From an uncultured Oscillospiraceae bacterium (GTDB lineage: Bacteria > Bacillota > Clostridia > Oscillospirales > Oscillospiraceae): a DNA stretch of 64,000 bases. Each line of letters begins with the position of its first letter. The first letter of the stretch is position 1. Position numbers and translations under genes: made by a program. Positions 52,837-61,933 of this stretch are shown here, one piece after another. The DNA is taken from assembly GCA_949841465.1 (NCBI GenBank), contig CATKZW010000002.1, positions 37,961-101,960 on the forward strand. The letters are read 5' to 3'. The notes beneath the pieces were generated by a model. It was not told the origin of the DNA and did not search any database. It saw only the letters and a list, made by a program, of their open reading frames with translations.

Positions 52837-53128
52837 CCACATCCCCGGCCGGGAGATTGAGGCGCTGTCCATCGTGAAGGGCTCGGTGGTCCAGTGCAAG
52901 AGCTTCGGCAAGGACTTTATGGCCGGGATGAAAACCTTTGTGGGCGGCGAGATCGAGAGCTACACCGCCATGCTCAACGAGGCCCGTCAGCTGGCCACCA
53001 AGCGGATGGTGGACGAGGCGGAAAAGCTGGGGGCGGACGCGGTGGTGAACATCCGCTACGCCTCGGCCTCCATCATGCAGGGGGCGGCGGAGATCACCGT
53101 GTACGGCACCGCCGTGCGGTGCAAATAA
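52817..53128 (+). CDS. YbjQ/UPF0145 family protein
   Basis: GKDFMAGMKTFVGGE...YTAML.EAR...LGADAVVNIRY...YGTAV. Confidence 0.9.
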   Translation: MLLLNIDHIPGREIEALSIVKGSVVQCKSFGKDFMAGMKTFVGGEIESYTAMLNEARQLATKRMVDEAEKLGADAVVNIRYASASIMQGAAEITVYGTAVRCK

Positions 53129-53226
53129 GCCTTTGACCCGGTGTAACCTTTGGACATCCGAAGGGGAGGGGCTTGTCCCACCCCTATATGGCACAAATCG
53201 TTTGTTTTCAGAAAGAAGGTTCTTAT

Positions 53227-53940
53227 ATGCTTCGCATTGAACACTACTCCAAGACCTATCCCGGCGGCAAAAAGGCTGTGGACGACCTGACCCTCCATGT
53301 GCGCCCCGGGGAAATCTATGGCTTCATCGGTCACAACGGGGCGGGCAAGACCACCACCCTGCGGGCCTGCGCCGGGGTGATGGACTTCACCGAGGGCACC
53401 ATCACCATCGACGGCCATGACGTGAAAAAGGACCCGGTGGGGGCCAAGCGGGTCACCGCCTTCCTGCCCGACAACCCGGACCTGTACGAGTTCATGAAGG
53501 GCATCGACTACCTGAACTTCATTGCCGACCTGTACGACATCCCGGCGGACCAGCGGACAAAGGACATCGGCAGGTTCGGCGACGCCTTCGAGCTCACCGG
53601 CAGCCTGGGCTCCCCCATCGGCAGCTACTCCCACGGCATGCGGCAGAAGCTGGCCCTCATCTCCGCGTTCATCCGCCACCCCAGGCTGCTCATTTTAGAC
53701 GAGCCCTTCGTGGGCCTAGACCCCTCCGCCTCCCACATCATGAAGGGGTATCTGGCGGAGCTGTGCCGGGGCGGCTCGGCGGTGTTCTTCTCCACCCACG
53801 TGCTGGAGGTGGCGGAAAAGCTGTGTCACCAGATTGCCATCATCAAGGACGGGCGGCTGGTGAAGTGCGGCCCCACCGAGGCGCTGGTGGGCGACTCCTC
53901 TCTGGAGGACGTGTTCCTGGAGCTGGAGGGAGAGAAATGA
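53227..53940 (+). CDS. ABC transporter ATP-binding protein (exporter type)
   Basis: GHNGAGKTT, YSHGMRQK, LDEPFVGLDP and FSTHVLEVAEKLC. Confidence 0.93.
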   Translation: MLRIEHYSKTYPGGKKAVDDLTLHVRPGEIYGFIGHNGAGKTTTLRACAGVMDFTEGTITIDGHDVKKDPVGAKRVTAFLPDNPDLYEFMKGIDYLNFIADLYDIPADQRTKDIGRFGDAFELTGSLGSPIGSYSHGMRQKLALISAFIRHPRLLILDEPFVGLDPSASHIMKGYLAELCRGGSAVFFSTHVLEVAEKLCHQIAIIKDGRLVKCGPTEALVGDSSLEDVFLELEGEK

Positions 53941-55526
53941 AAAAGTTTCTGGCGCTGATGAAGGTCAGCGTGAAATCCATGCTGCTGTCCTCCACCAATT
54001 CCCGGGGGCGCAGCAAAAAGAAGGCGGCCTCCGGCGCGGGGGTCATCCTGCTCATCGCCTTTTTGGGCCTTTACATGTCCGGGATGTACAGCTCTATGCT
54101 GATGTCGGTGCTGGCCCCCGCCCATATGGAGGTGTTGGTGTTCATCTTTATGGGCATGGGCGCGCTGGCGGGGGGACTGCTGTTCACCACCTTTGCGGTG
54201 AAGGGCGTGGTGTTCGGCGGCAAGGACAACAACCTGCTGCTGAGCATGCCCGTGTCCTCCACCGCGCTGATGACCAGCCGGGTGTCGGCCATCTACCTGG
54301 AAAACCTGCTGGTCTCCCTCTTCGTGCTGGGCCCCGCCGGGGTGGTGTGCGCCTTCATGACCCAGAGCGGGGTGGGCCGTGACCCGCTGTTCTGGGTGCG
54401 GCTGCTCATCGCGGTTCTGGCCCTGCCCCTGCTGGACACGGCGCTGTCTGTGCTGTTCGGGGCGCTGGTGGCCTTTTTGTCCGCCAAGGTGTCCAAGGGG
54501 GCGCTGGGCCAGAACATCATCATGGGCGTCTATCTGGCGGCGGTGTTTTACTTCTCCTTCAACCTCAACGGCATGATTGAGGGCCTGGCCGCCAACGCCG
54601 CCGGGGTGAAGGAATCGCTCAGCTGGGCCGCCCCCATGCTGTGGATGGCGGACGGCATCATGGGAAACTGGGGGCTGCTGCTGGCCTTCGCGGCCTGCTG
54701 CATTGTACCCTTTGCCCTGGTGGTGTTCGGGCTGGGCCGGGTGTACCGCAAGGCGGTCACCGCCTTTGCCGCCCGGTCCGCTCGGAACGACTACAGGCTG
54801 TCCGCCCAGTCCGCCTCAGGGCAGAAAAAGGCCCTGCTGTGCATGGAGGCCCGCCGGTTTTTCGGCATCCCCATGTACTTCTGGAACTCCGGCCTGGGCT
54901 TGATCATGCTGGTGGCCATGGGTGTGGCGGCGCTGGTGATGCGGGAGGAGCTGCGGATGTACCTGGGTCTGCTGGAGGGCCTCCCCGCGATGCCGCTGGC
55001 GGCGCTGGTGATGGGCTTCTGCCTGTCCATGACCGTCATTGCCGCGCCCTCCATCAGCCTGGAGGGCAAATACCTGTGGATCCTCCGGGAGGCCCCGGTG
55101 GGAGAGGGGACCCTGCTGGGGCTGAAAACCGGCTTCGAGCTGCTGTTCAGCATACCTTGCACGGTGATTGCCGGGGCGTGCATCGCCATTGCCTTAGGGC
55201 TGCCCCTGTGGCAGGGTGCGGCACTGGTTGCCGTCACGCTCCTGTTTGCCGCAGGGCACGCCGCCTTTGGGACGCTCATCGGGCTGGCTTTCCCGAAGCT
55301 GGACGCGGTGAACGAAACGGTGGTGGTCAAGCAGTCCATGGCCGTTATGCTGGGGACATTTGTGCCTATGGCTGCGCTGGGGCTGTGCGCCCTGCTGTAC
55401 TGGCTGGGCGGCATGGTGAACGGCGCGCTGGCGCTGGCCCTGCCCGCGGTGCTGCTGGCGGCGCTGACGGCGGTGTGCGCCGCCATCCTGGCCAAGCGGG
55501 GGCCCGCCATGCTGAAAGCGCTGTAA
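53937..55526 (+). CDS. ABC-2-type exporter permease
   Basis: About 12-14 hydrophobic helices, DNNLLLSMPV and SISLEGKYLWILR; overlaps the ATPase stop codon. Confidence 0.85.
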   Translation: MKKFLALMKVSVKSMLLSSTNSRGRSKKKAASGAGVILLIAFLGLYMSGMYSSMLMSVLAPAHMEVLVFIFMGMGALAGGLLFTTFAVKGVVFGGKDNNLLLSMPVSSTALMTSRVSAIYLENLLVSLFVLGPAGVVCAFMTQSGVGRDPLFWVRLLIAVLALPLLDTALSVLFGALVAFLSAKVSKGALGQNIIMGVYLAAVFYFSFNLNGMIEGLAANAAGVKESLSWAAPMLWMADGIMGNWGLLLAFAACCIVPFALVVFGLGRVYRKAVTAFAARSARNDYRLSAQSASGQKKALLCMEARRFFGIPMYFWNSGLGLIMLVAMGVAALVMREELRMYLGLLEGLPAMPLAALVMGFCLSMTVIAAPSISLEGKYLWILREAPVGEGTLLGLKTGFELLFSIPCTVIAGACIAIALGLPLWQGAALVAVTLLFAAGHAAFGTLIGLAFPKLDAVNETVVVKQSMAVMLGTFVPMAALGLCALLYWLGGMVNGALALALPAVLLAALTAVCAAILAKRGPAMLKAL

Positions 55527-55559
55527 TCCCTGCGCCAAACGAAAAAGGAGCGTGCGGAT

Positions 55560-56378
55560 ATGACGGAAAAGGTATTTCAGACCGCCCTGGGGAACGTCCG
55601 CTACTGGGTGGGCGGCCCGGGGGAGGGAGCGCCCTGGCTGGTGTTCCTGCCTGGGCTTACGGCGGACCACCGCCTGTTTGACAAGCAGGTGGAGGCGTTC
55701 GCCCCCCGCTTCAACTGCTTGGCGTGGGACGCGCCCGCCCACGGCGCGTCCCGGCCCTTCGCGCTGGCCTTTTCCATGGACGACCTGGCGGACTACCTCC
55801 ACGCCATCCTGGAGCGGGAGGGGGCGGGGCGCCCGGTGCTGATCGGCCAGTCCATGGGCGGGTACATCTCCCAGGCGTATATGGAACGGTATCCGGGGGC
55901 CGTGTCCGGGTTTATCTCCATCGACTCCTGCTCGTTGAAGCGGAAGTATTATACGGCCATGGAGCTGTACCTGCTCAAGCACACGGAATGGATGTACCTG
56001 GCTTTCCCCTGGAAGCTGCTGGTGCAGGTGGGAAGCAACGGCACCGCCACGTCGGAGTACGGCCGCGCCCTCATGGGGCGGTTCATGGAATCCTATGAAA
56101 AACGGGAGTACTGCGCCCTGGCGGCCCATGGCTACCAAATTGTGGCCCAGTCGGTGGAGGCGGACCGCGCCTATGACATCTCCTGCCCGGCCCTGCTGAT
56201 CTGCGGGGAGAAGGACGGGGCGGGGTCCGCCAAGCGCTACAACCGGGAGTGGACGAAGCAGGACGGCCTGCCGCTGGTGTGGATACCTGGGGCGGGACAC
56301 AATTCCAACACCGACGCGCCGGAACTGGTGAACCGGGAGATCGAGAAGTTTGTGTCGTCCATTGTTCTGGTGAACTAG
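55560..56378 (+). CDS. Alpha/beta hydrolase
   Basis: FLPGLTADH, WDAPAHG, GQSMGG nucleophile elbow, GEKD and GAGHNSN. Confidence 0.9.
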   Translation: MTEKVFQTALGNVRYWVGGPGEGAPWLVFLPGLTADHRLFDKQVEAFAPRFNCLAWDAPAHGASRPFALAFSMDDLADYLHAILEREGAGRPVLIGQSMGGYISQAYMERYPGAVSGFISIDSCSLKRKYYTAMELYLLKHTEWMYLAFPWKLLVQVGSNGTATSEYGRALMGRFMESYEKREYCALAAHGYQIVAQSVEADRAYDISCPALLICGEKDGAGSAKRYNREWTKQDGLPLVWIPGAGHNSNTDAPELVNREIEKFVSSIVLVN

Positions 56379-56385
56379 ATATCGA

Positions 56386-56416
56386 AAGGCCCCCGACGGA
56401 ATCCGCCGGGGGCCTT
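56386..56416 (+). terminator. Terminator of the MerR operon
   Basis: AAGGCCCCCG / CGGGGGCCTT stem. Confidence 0.7.
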
Positions 56417-56523
56417 GTGTTGACAGGGGTGGTATAATAGCCGCAGAGCGATATTATAATTTGACTCAAATATAATGCCATACGGCGCACTGCGCCTGCG
56501 GCACAGGCGGGGAACGGGGGCAT

Positions 56524-57621
56524 ATGGGTATGGAACGGACGGGAAAGCGTGTGCTGGTGGCCATGAGCGGCGGGGTGGATTCCAGCGTGGCGGCGTGGCT
56601 GCTGAAAGAGCAGGGCTATGAGTGCATCGGTGTGACCATGAAGCTGTTCGGCAGCGACGCGGTGGGGCTGGACAAGGGCCATCCCTGCTGTACTCTGGAC
56701 GACGTGGAGGACGCCCGGGAGGTGGCCCGGCGGATGGGCATTCCCCACTACGTGTTCAACTTTTCGGACGATTTTGAGGAGAAGGTTATCCGGCGGTTCA
56801 TCGATGCCTACGAGCGGGGGGAGACGCCAAATCCCTGCATCGACTGCAACCGCTTCCTGAAATTCGACCGTCTGCACCGCCGGGCGCTGGAGCTGAAATG
56901 CGATTACATCGCCACTGGGCACTACGCCCAGATCGTGGACTGCGGCACAGGAAATCTCCGCATGAAAAAGGCCGCCGACCTGAGCCGGGACCAGAGCTAT
57001 GTCCTCTACCCCATCCCCCGGGCGCAGCTGGCCCGCACCCTCTTTCCCCTGGGGGGACTGAGCAAGGCGCAGGTGCGGGAGATCGCGGAGGAGCAGGGCT
57101 TTGTCAACGCCCGCAAGCACGACAGCCAGGACATCTGCTTTGTCCCCGACGGGGACTACCTGTCGTTCATGGAGCGTCACACCGGCAAGACCTATCCCGC
57201 CGGGGATATCATCGACCAGACGGGGAAGGTGGTGGGCCGGCACCGGGGTGCGGCGGGGCTCACCATCGGTCAGCGCCGGGGGGTTGGGGTGTCCTCCTCT
57301 GGACGCATCTACGTGTGCGCCAAGTGCATGGCGGACAATACGGTCACCGTGGGCCCAGAGGAGGCGCTGTATTCTACAGAGTGCATGGCGGCGGACTGGA
57401 ACTGGCTCATGGAGCCGCCCGCGGGGCCCTTCCCGGCTCTGGTCAAGACCCGCTACCGCCAGATGGAACAGCCGGTCACCGTAATCCCCAAGGGGGACCA
57501 GGTCAGGCTGGCCTTTGACGAGCCCCAGCGGGCGGTGACGCCGGGACAGGCGGCGGTGGCGTACACCAGGGACGGTGCCGTGCTGGGCGGGGGCACCATC
57601 ATCGGAGTGATAAAGGAGTAA
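56524..57621 (+). CDS. mnmA: tRNA 2-thiouridine(34) synthase (CxxC-containing type)
   Basis: AMSGGVDSS, TPNPCIDCN, ATGHYA, DQSY, DSQDICF and TPGQAAV. Confidence 0.96.
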   Translation: MGMERTGKRVLVAMSGGVDSSVAAWLLKEQGYECIGVTMKLFGSDAVGLDKGHPCCTLDDVEDAREVARRMGIPHYVFNFSDDFEEKVIRRFIDAYERGETPNPCIDCNRFLKFDRLHRRALELKCDYIATGHYAQIVDCGTGNLRMKKAADLSRDQSYVLYPIPRAQLARTLFPLGGLSKAQVREIAEEQGFVNARKHDSQDICFVPDGDYLSFMERHTGKTYPAGDIIDQTGKVVGRHRGAAGLTIGQRRGVGVSSSGRIYVCAKCMADNTVTVGPEEALYSTECMAADWNWLMEPPAGPFPALVKTRYRQMEQPVTVIPKGDQVRLAFDEPQRAVTPGQAAVAYTRDGAVLGGGTIIGVIKE

Positions 57622-57655
57622 GGGCCTTCCTTTTTCTTTCAGGAAAGAGGAACAA
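57619..57655. repeat. Single arm of the AT-rich hairpin repeat family
   Basis: TAAGGGCCTTCCTTTTTCTTT, identical to 47979-47999; overlaps the stop codons of mnmA and the DUF362 gene. Confidence 0.55.
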
Positions 57656-58502
57656 GCTCGTACTCACGGCTGCCGATGCCAAGGTCGGCGGCGGCCTCCA
57701 CCGTGTGGACGCCGTGGAGGGACTCGATTCGCTCAATGAGGTCGCCCTTGCCCGGGTCGTCGGACTGGTACACCAAATCCAGGCAGGCCTGGTCCAGGGC
57801 CACCGGGTCCAGGGAGGCCAGGATGCCGATGTCCCCGATTTTGGGGTCGGCGGCCACGGCGCAGCAGTCGCAGTCCACGGACATGTTCTTCATGACGTTG
57901 ATATAGGCCGCCTTGCCCTTAAAACGGTCATGGATGGACCAGGCCGCGTCCGCCATGGATTCCAGGAAGGAATCATGGTCGGAATCCCAGAACTTGTCCA
58001 TGTCCCCAGCGCCGTGGATATACTGCTTGCCGCGGGAGGATGCGATGCCGATGGAGATGTTCTTCAGCGCGCCGCCGAAGCCCCCCATGGGGTGGCCCTT
58101 GAAGTGGGTGAGCACCAGCAGGGAATCATAATTGGCCAGATTGGCCCCCACAAAGTTCTTGTGGATAACCTTGCCGCAGGGGATGGGCAGCTCCAGATCC
58201 TCCTTCTCGTCCAGAATGTCCACCTCGGCAGCGTTGACCCAGCCGTGCCGCTCCATGGTGATCTTGTGGGCTTTGGTGGTGTTGCGCCCGCCGTCGTAGG
58301 CGGTGTTGCACTCCACGATGGCGCCGCCCACCTTGTCGATCATGGGCTTCCAGAAGTCGGGGCGGAGGAAGTTCTGGTTGCCCGGCTCGCCGGAGTGGAC
58401 CTTGACGGCCACCTTGCCGGGGAGCTGGATGCCCAGGGCGTCGTACAGGCGGAGCACGGCCTCAGGAGACAGGTCGCGGGTGAAGTAAACGGTGGATTTC
58501 AT
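57639..58502 (-). CDS. DUF362 family putative Fe-S protein
   Basis: VAVKVHSGEPGN, LTHFKGHPMGGFGGALKN, SVDCDC and DPVALDQAC. Confidence 0.88.
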   Translation of the reverse strand: MKSTVYFTRDLSPEAVLRLYDALGIQLPGKVAVKVHSGEPGNQNFLRPDFWKPMIDKVGGAIVECNTAYDGGRNTTKAHKITMERHGWVNAAEVDILDEKEDLELPIPCGKVIHKNFVGANLANYDSLLVLTHFKGHPMGGFGGALKNISIGIASSRGKQYIHGAGDMDKFWDSDHDSFLESMADAAWSIHDRFKGKAAYINVMKNMSVDCDCCAVAADPKIGDIGILASLDPVALDQACLDLVYQSDDPGKGDLIERIESLHGVHTVEAAADLGIGSREYELVPLS

Positions 58503-58656
58503 GGTAGTCCTCCTCGGTAGTTGATAAAATCATAGATAGTTTATCGGAAATGGAGCGGCGCGTCAAGGGGGAAATGATCATTTGCCCCTTGCGGCCCCTT
58601 GCGCCGCCGGAGTGATTGTGGTACAATGCCGAAAAGTTCAGACAGGAGGGTATGGG

Positions 58657-59196
58657 GTGACTGCGTTAGTCATGAATTGCAGCCCGGTGAGAGATGGGGC
58701 CACAGCCGAAATTGTCCGCATTGCAGCCAAGTGCCTGCGGGCAAGATATACGGTTGAAGCCGTCTGTATCGACGACTATCAGATTCATTTCTGCAAGGGG
58801 TGCAGAAGCTGCCACACAACCGCAAAATGCGTCCAGCGGGACGATGTGGAACGATTGATGGGGCAGTTCGAGCAGGCGGACCGCATTGTGCTGGTTTCGC
58901 CTTCCTATTGGGCCGACGTACCTGGACAATTCAAAGCGTTCATTGACAGGTGCACCCCTTGGTGTAATACCCATGAGCCCCACGCGGTGATCGGCGGCGG
59001 AAAGAAAGGGTATGCGGTCGTGCTGAGGACGGGGCCCGGTATGAGGGAATGCGAGCGGATCTCCCAGACCATAGAGCATTTCTATGGACATTTAGAGATT
59101 GCCTTTTGCGATAGCCTGAGACTGTGCTCCGTTGACGGCAGGGAAGCGGTGGTCCCAAGACAGGCGGAGATCGAGTCGTTCTGCGCCGGGATATGA
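58657..59196 (+). CDS. Iron-sulfur flavoprotein / flavodoxin-family (NADPH-dependent FMN reductase-like)
   Basis: GTG start after GGAGG; CKGCRSCHTTAKC (Cx2Cx2Cx5C), SPSYW and KAFIDR. Confidence 0.82.
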   Translation: MTALVMNCSPVRDGATAEIVRIAAKCLRARYTVEAVCIDDYQIHFCKGCRSCHTTAKCVQRDDVERLMGQFEQADRIVLVSPSYWADVPGQFKAFIDRCTPWCNTHEPHAVIGGGKKGYAVVLRTGPGMRECERISQTIEHFYGHLEIAFCDSLRLCSVDGREAVVPRQAEIESFCAGI

Positions 59197-59204
59197 ACGT
59201 ACAT

Positions 59205-59243
59205 AAAAGGCCCCTCCCCGTAAAGCACGGAGAGGGGCTTTTT
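59205..59243. terminator. Bidirectional terminator
   Basis: AAAAGGCCCCTCCCCG / CGGAGAGGGGCTTTT. Confidence 0.7.
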
Positions 59244-59247
59244 CGCG

Positions 59248-60951
59248 TTACTCGATTCCGCTCAGATCAAACCCGTCCAGCCAGGCGCTGGCGGTCTCGC
59301 ACACGCCCCGCAGGCACGCCTCGTCGAAGGGGGTGTCCAGGCCGGCGTGCTTCAGCAGGTCGGTGAAGGTGCGGCTGCCGCCCTGGCAGGTGTAGGCCAT
59401 ATACTTCTCCCAGGCCTCCTTCCGGTCCTTTTGCAGCAGCGCCCAGAACTCCAGCGCCACCGTCTGGGCCAGGCAGTAGTCGATATAATAGAAGGGCATC
59501 CCGTAGATGTGGCTCTGGCGCTGCCACGCCTCGCCGTCGGCGAAGAAGGGGATGCCGCCGTCCAGCCGCATCCAGGGCATATACACTCCCTGCAGCTGCT
59601 TCCATACCGCGTGGCGCTGGGCGGGGGTCATGTCCGGGTTGGCGTACACCTCGTGCTGGAAGTGGTCCACCAGGGTGCCATAGGGGATGAAGGTGAGCGC
59701 CCCGGCCAGGTGGCTGTACAGGTACTTCCGGGTGTCCGGGCCGAAGAAGCCCTCGGTCCAGGGCCAGGCCATGAACTCCATGGACATGGAGTGGACCTCG
59801 CAGGCCTCCATACCGGGCCAGATATAGCCGGTGGGCACCCGGTCCCGGTTCATCCAGTAGGCGAAGGCGTGGCCCGCCTCGTGGGTGATCACCTCGATGT
59901 CCCCCTGGGTGCCGTTGAAGTTGGCGAAGATGAAGGGGACTTTATAGCCCGCGATGCCGGTGCAGTAGCCGCCGCCGGCCTTGCCCTCGGTGGACAGCAG
60001 GTCCATCAGCTGGTTGTTCAGCATGGTCTGGAAGAACTCGGAAGTCTCGGGGGACAGCTCGTCGTAGAACTTCCTGCCCTGGGCCACGATGTCGTCGGGA
60101 GTGCCCTGGGGCTTGGGGTTGCCGGAGCGGAATTTCAGCGCCGCGTCGGCGTAGCTCAGCGGGTACTCCACCCCGATGCGCTCTGCCTGGGCCCGGTAGA
60201 TCCGGTCGGCCAGAGGGACCAGATACTCCACCACGGCGGCGCGGAACTTCTCCACGTCCTCCTTGGTATAGCAGTTGCGGCCCATGCGGTAGTAGCCCAG
60301 AGTGGTGTAGCCCTCATAGCCCAGCTTGCGGCCCATCTCGTCCCGCAGGTGGGTGAGTTCGTCATAGATGCGGTCCAGCTCGGGCTGGTTGTCCTTGAAC
60401 CACTGCCCCACGGCTTTCCACGCCGCCAGGCGGCGGGCGTCGTCCGGGTCGTTCTGGAAGGGGCCCATCTGGGACAGGGTGTAGGTCTTGCCCTCAAAGG
60501 GGACCTTGGCGGAGGCGATGAGCTTTTGGTGTGCCTGGGTCAGGTCATTTTCCTGCTGGAGCTGGGGCACGATCTCAGGGGAAAAGGTTTTCAGGGCGAT
60601 CTCGGTGTTGATGAACATCAGGCTGCCATACTCCGCCTCGAAATCCTTCCGGAAGGGGGACTCCAGCATGGCGATGTTCCACGCCTGTTCGCACTCCTGC
60701 AGCTCGGGGATGGCGGCGTTCCAGAAGTTCATCTCGCCATCGTAAAATTCGTCCCGCGTGTCGATGGAGTTGCGGATCATGGCCAGGTTGGACAGGGTGT
60801 CCAGCTGACGGGAGACCTCGTCCTCCTCCAGGAACACCGCCTTGGCCTGCTCATAGCTTTCCGCCGCCTTCAAACGGGCGGTGAAGCCGGACAGCTGCGC
60901 CTTGACCGCCTCCAGGTCGGGGCGCTCATAGGGCATCTCGGAAAATTTCAT
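59248..60951 (-). CDS. M3 family oligoendopeptidase
   Basis: THEAGHAF (HExxH), EVHSMSME and PFYYIDYCLA. Confidence 0.93.
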   Translation of the reverse strand: MKFSEMPYERPDLEAVKAQLSGFTARLKAAESYEQAKAVFLEEDEVSRQLDTLSNLAMIRNSIDTRDEFYDGEMNFWNAAIPELQECEQAWNIAMLESPFRKDFEAEYGSLMFINTEIALKTFSPEIVPQLQQENDLTQAHQKLIASAKVPFEGKTYTLSQMGPFQNDPDDARRLAAWKAVGQWFKDNQPELDRIYDELTHLRDEMGRKLGYEGYTTLGYYRMGRNCYTKEDVEKFRAAVVEYLVPLADRIYRAQAERIGVEYPLSYADAALKFRSGNPKPQGTPDDIVAQGRKFYDELSPETSEFFQTMLNNQLMDLLSTEGKAGGGYCTGIAGYKVPFIFANFNGTQGDIEVITHEAGHAFAYWMNRDRVPTGYIWPGMEACEVHSMSMEFMAWPWTEGFFGPDTRKYLYSHLAGALTFIPYGTLVDHFQHEVYANPDMTPAQRHAVWKQLQGVYMPWMRLDGGIPFFADGEAWQRQSHIYGMPFYYIDYCLAQTVALEFWALLQKDRKEAWEKYMAYTCQGGSRTFTDLLKHAGLDTPFDEACLRGVCETASAWLDGFDLSGIE

Positions 60952-60966
60952 ATGACATACATCTCC

Positions 60967-61461
60967 TTATTCATTCGATACGATGGTTTTGCCGTCCAGC
61001 ACGGCCCGCACCAGACGGTCGTCCCCGTGCTTATACTCCAGTGTGAGCAGGAAGGGCGGGTGGTCCTCCGCCAGCAGCTTGAGGAAGATCTTGTCCCCCT
61101 CCCAGATGGGCAGCTCCGGCACCTTCTCCTTGGGCACCCAGGCCAGCTCGCCCTCGTCGCAGTCCCGGGCCAGCTCCCCGGTCCAGTCCGTGGCGGTGAA
61201 CAGGTGCATGTACTCCCCGTCCCAGCCCTCGTTGAGGAAGGTGACCACGCCCCGGAAGCGGAAGCCGGTGAGGGTCAGGCCGGTCTCCTCCAGCACCTCC
61301 CGGCGGAAGCACTCGTCGGGGCTCTCCCCCTCCTCAAAGTGGCCGCCCACGCCAATCCACTTGTCCTTGTTGACGTCCACCTTCTTTTTTACCCGGTGGA
61401 GCATCAAATATTCGCCTTGGGCGTTTTCCAGATAGCCCAGGGTGCTGTTGCGCATGTTCAC
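60967..61461 (-). CDS. Nudix hydrolase (8-oxo-dGTP diphosphatase-like)
   Basis: Nudix box GGHFEEGESPDECFRREVLEETGL. Confidence 0.9.
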   Translation of the reverse strand: MNMRNSTLGYLENAQGEYLMLHRVKKKVDVNKDKWIGVGGHFEEGESPDECFRREVLEETGLTLTGFRFRGVVTFLNEGWDGEYMHLFTATDWTGELARDCDEGELAWVPKEKVPELPIWEGDKIFLKLLAEDHPPFLLTLEYKHGDDRLVRAVLDGKTIVSNE

Positions 61462-61560
61462 GGTGTCCCTCCTCTGTCATCACGCCTCGCCTGTTCGCGG
61501 CGCGCGGCTTAGGCCTACGGCCGCTTTGCGGCCTAACGGCTGCTCACGACGGCTCGGACA

Positions 61561-61905
61561 CTAGAAAGGCAGGTTCAGCCCGCCGGTGAACTTGGCCATC
61601 TGGCTGGCCGCGTCGTCGTTGGCCTTGCGCAGGGCCTCGTTGACGGCGGCCACGATCAGGTCCTGGAGCATCTCCACGTCCTCCGGGTCCACCGCCTCGG
61701 GGTCGATGGTGACGCCCACCAGCTCCTTCTTCCCAGACACCGTGGCGGACACCACGCCGCCCCCCGCGGCGGCCTCGTAGGTTTTGCTTTCCAGCTCCTC
61801 CTGGGCCTTCATCATGTCCTGCTGCATCTTCTGGGCCTGACGGATCATGTTGTTCATGTTGCCGCCCATGCCGCCCATACCGCGGCTGTTGAATCCCTTT
61901 GCCAT
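61561..61905 (-). CDS. ybaB: YbaB/EbfC nucleoid-associated protein
   Basis: [15 protein letters not shown] and [16 protein letters not shown]; downstream of dnaX. Confidence 0.93.
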   Translation of the reverse strand: MAKGFNSRGMGGMGGNMNNMIRQAQKMQQDMMKAQEELESKTYEAAAGGGVVSATVSGKKELVGVTIDPEAVDPEDVEMLQDLIVAAVNEALRKANDDAASQMAKFTGGLNLPF

Positions 61906-61933
61906 GTTCGATTGCCTCCTATGTCGAAATATA

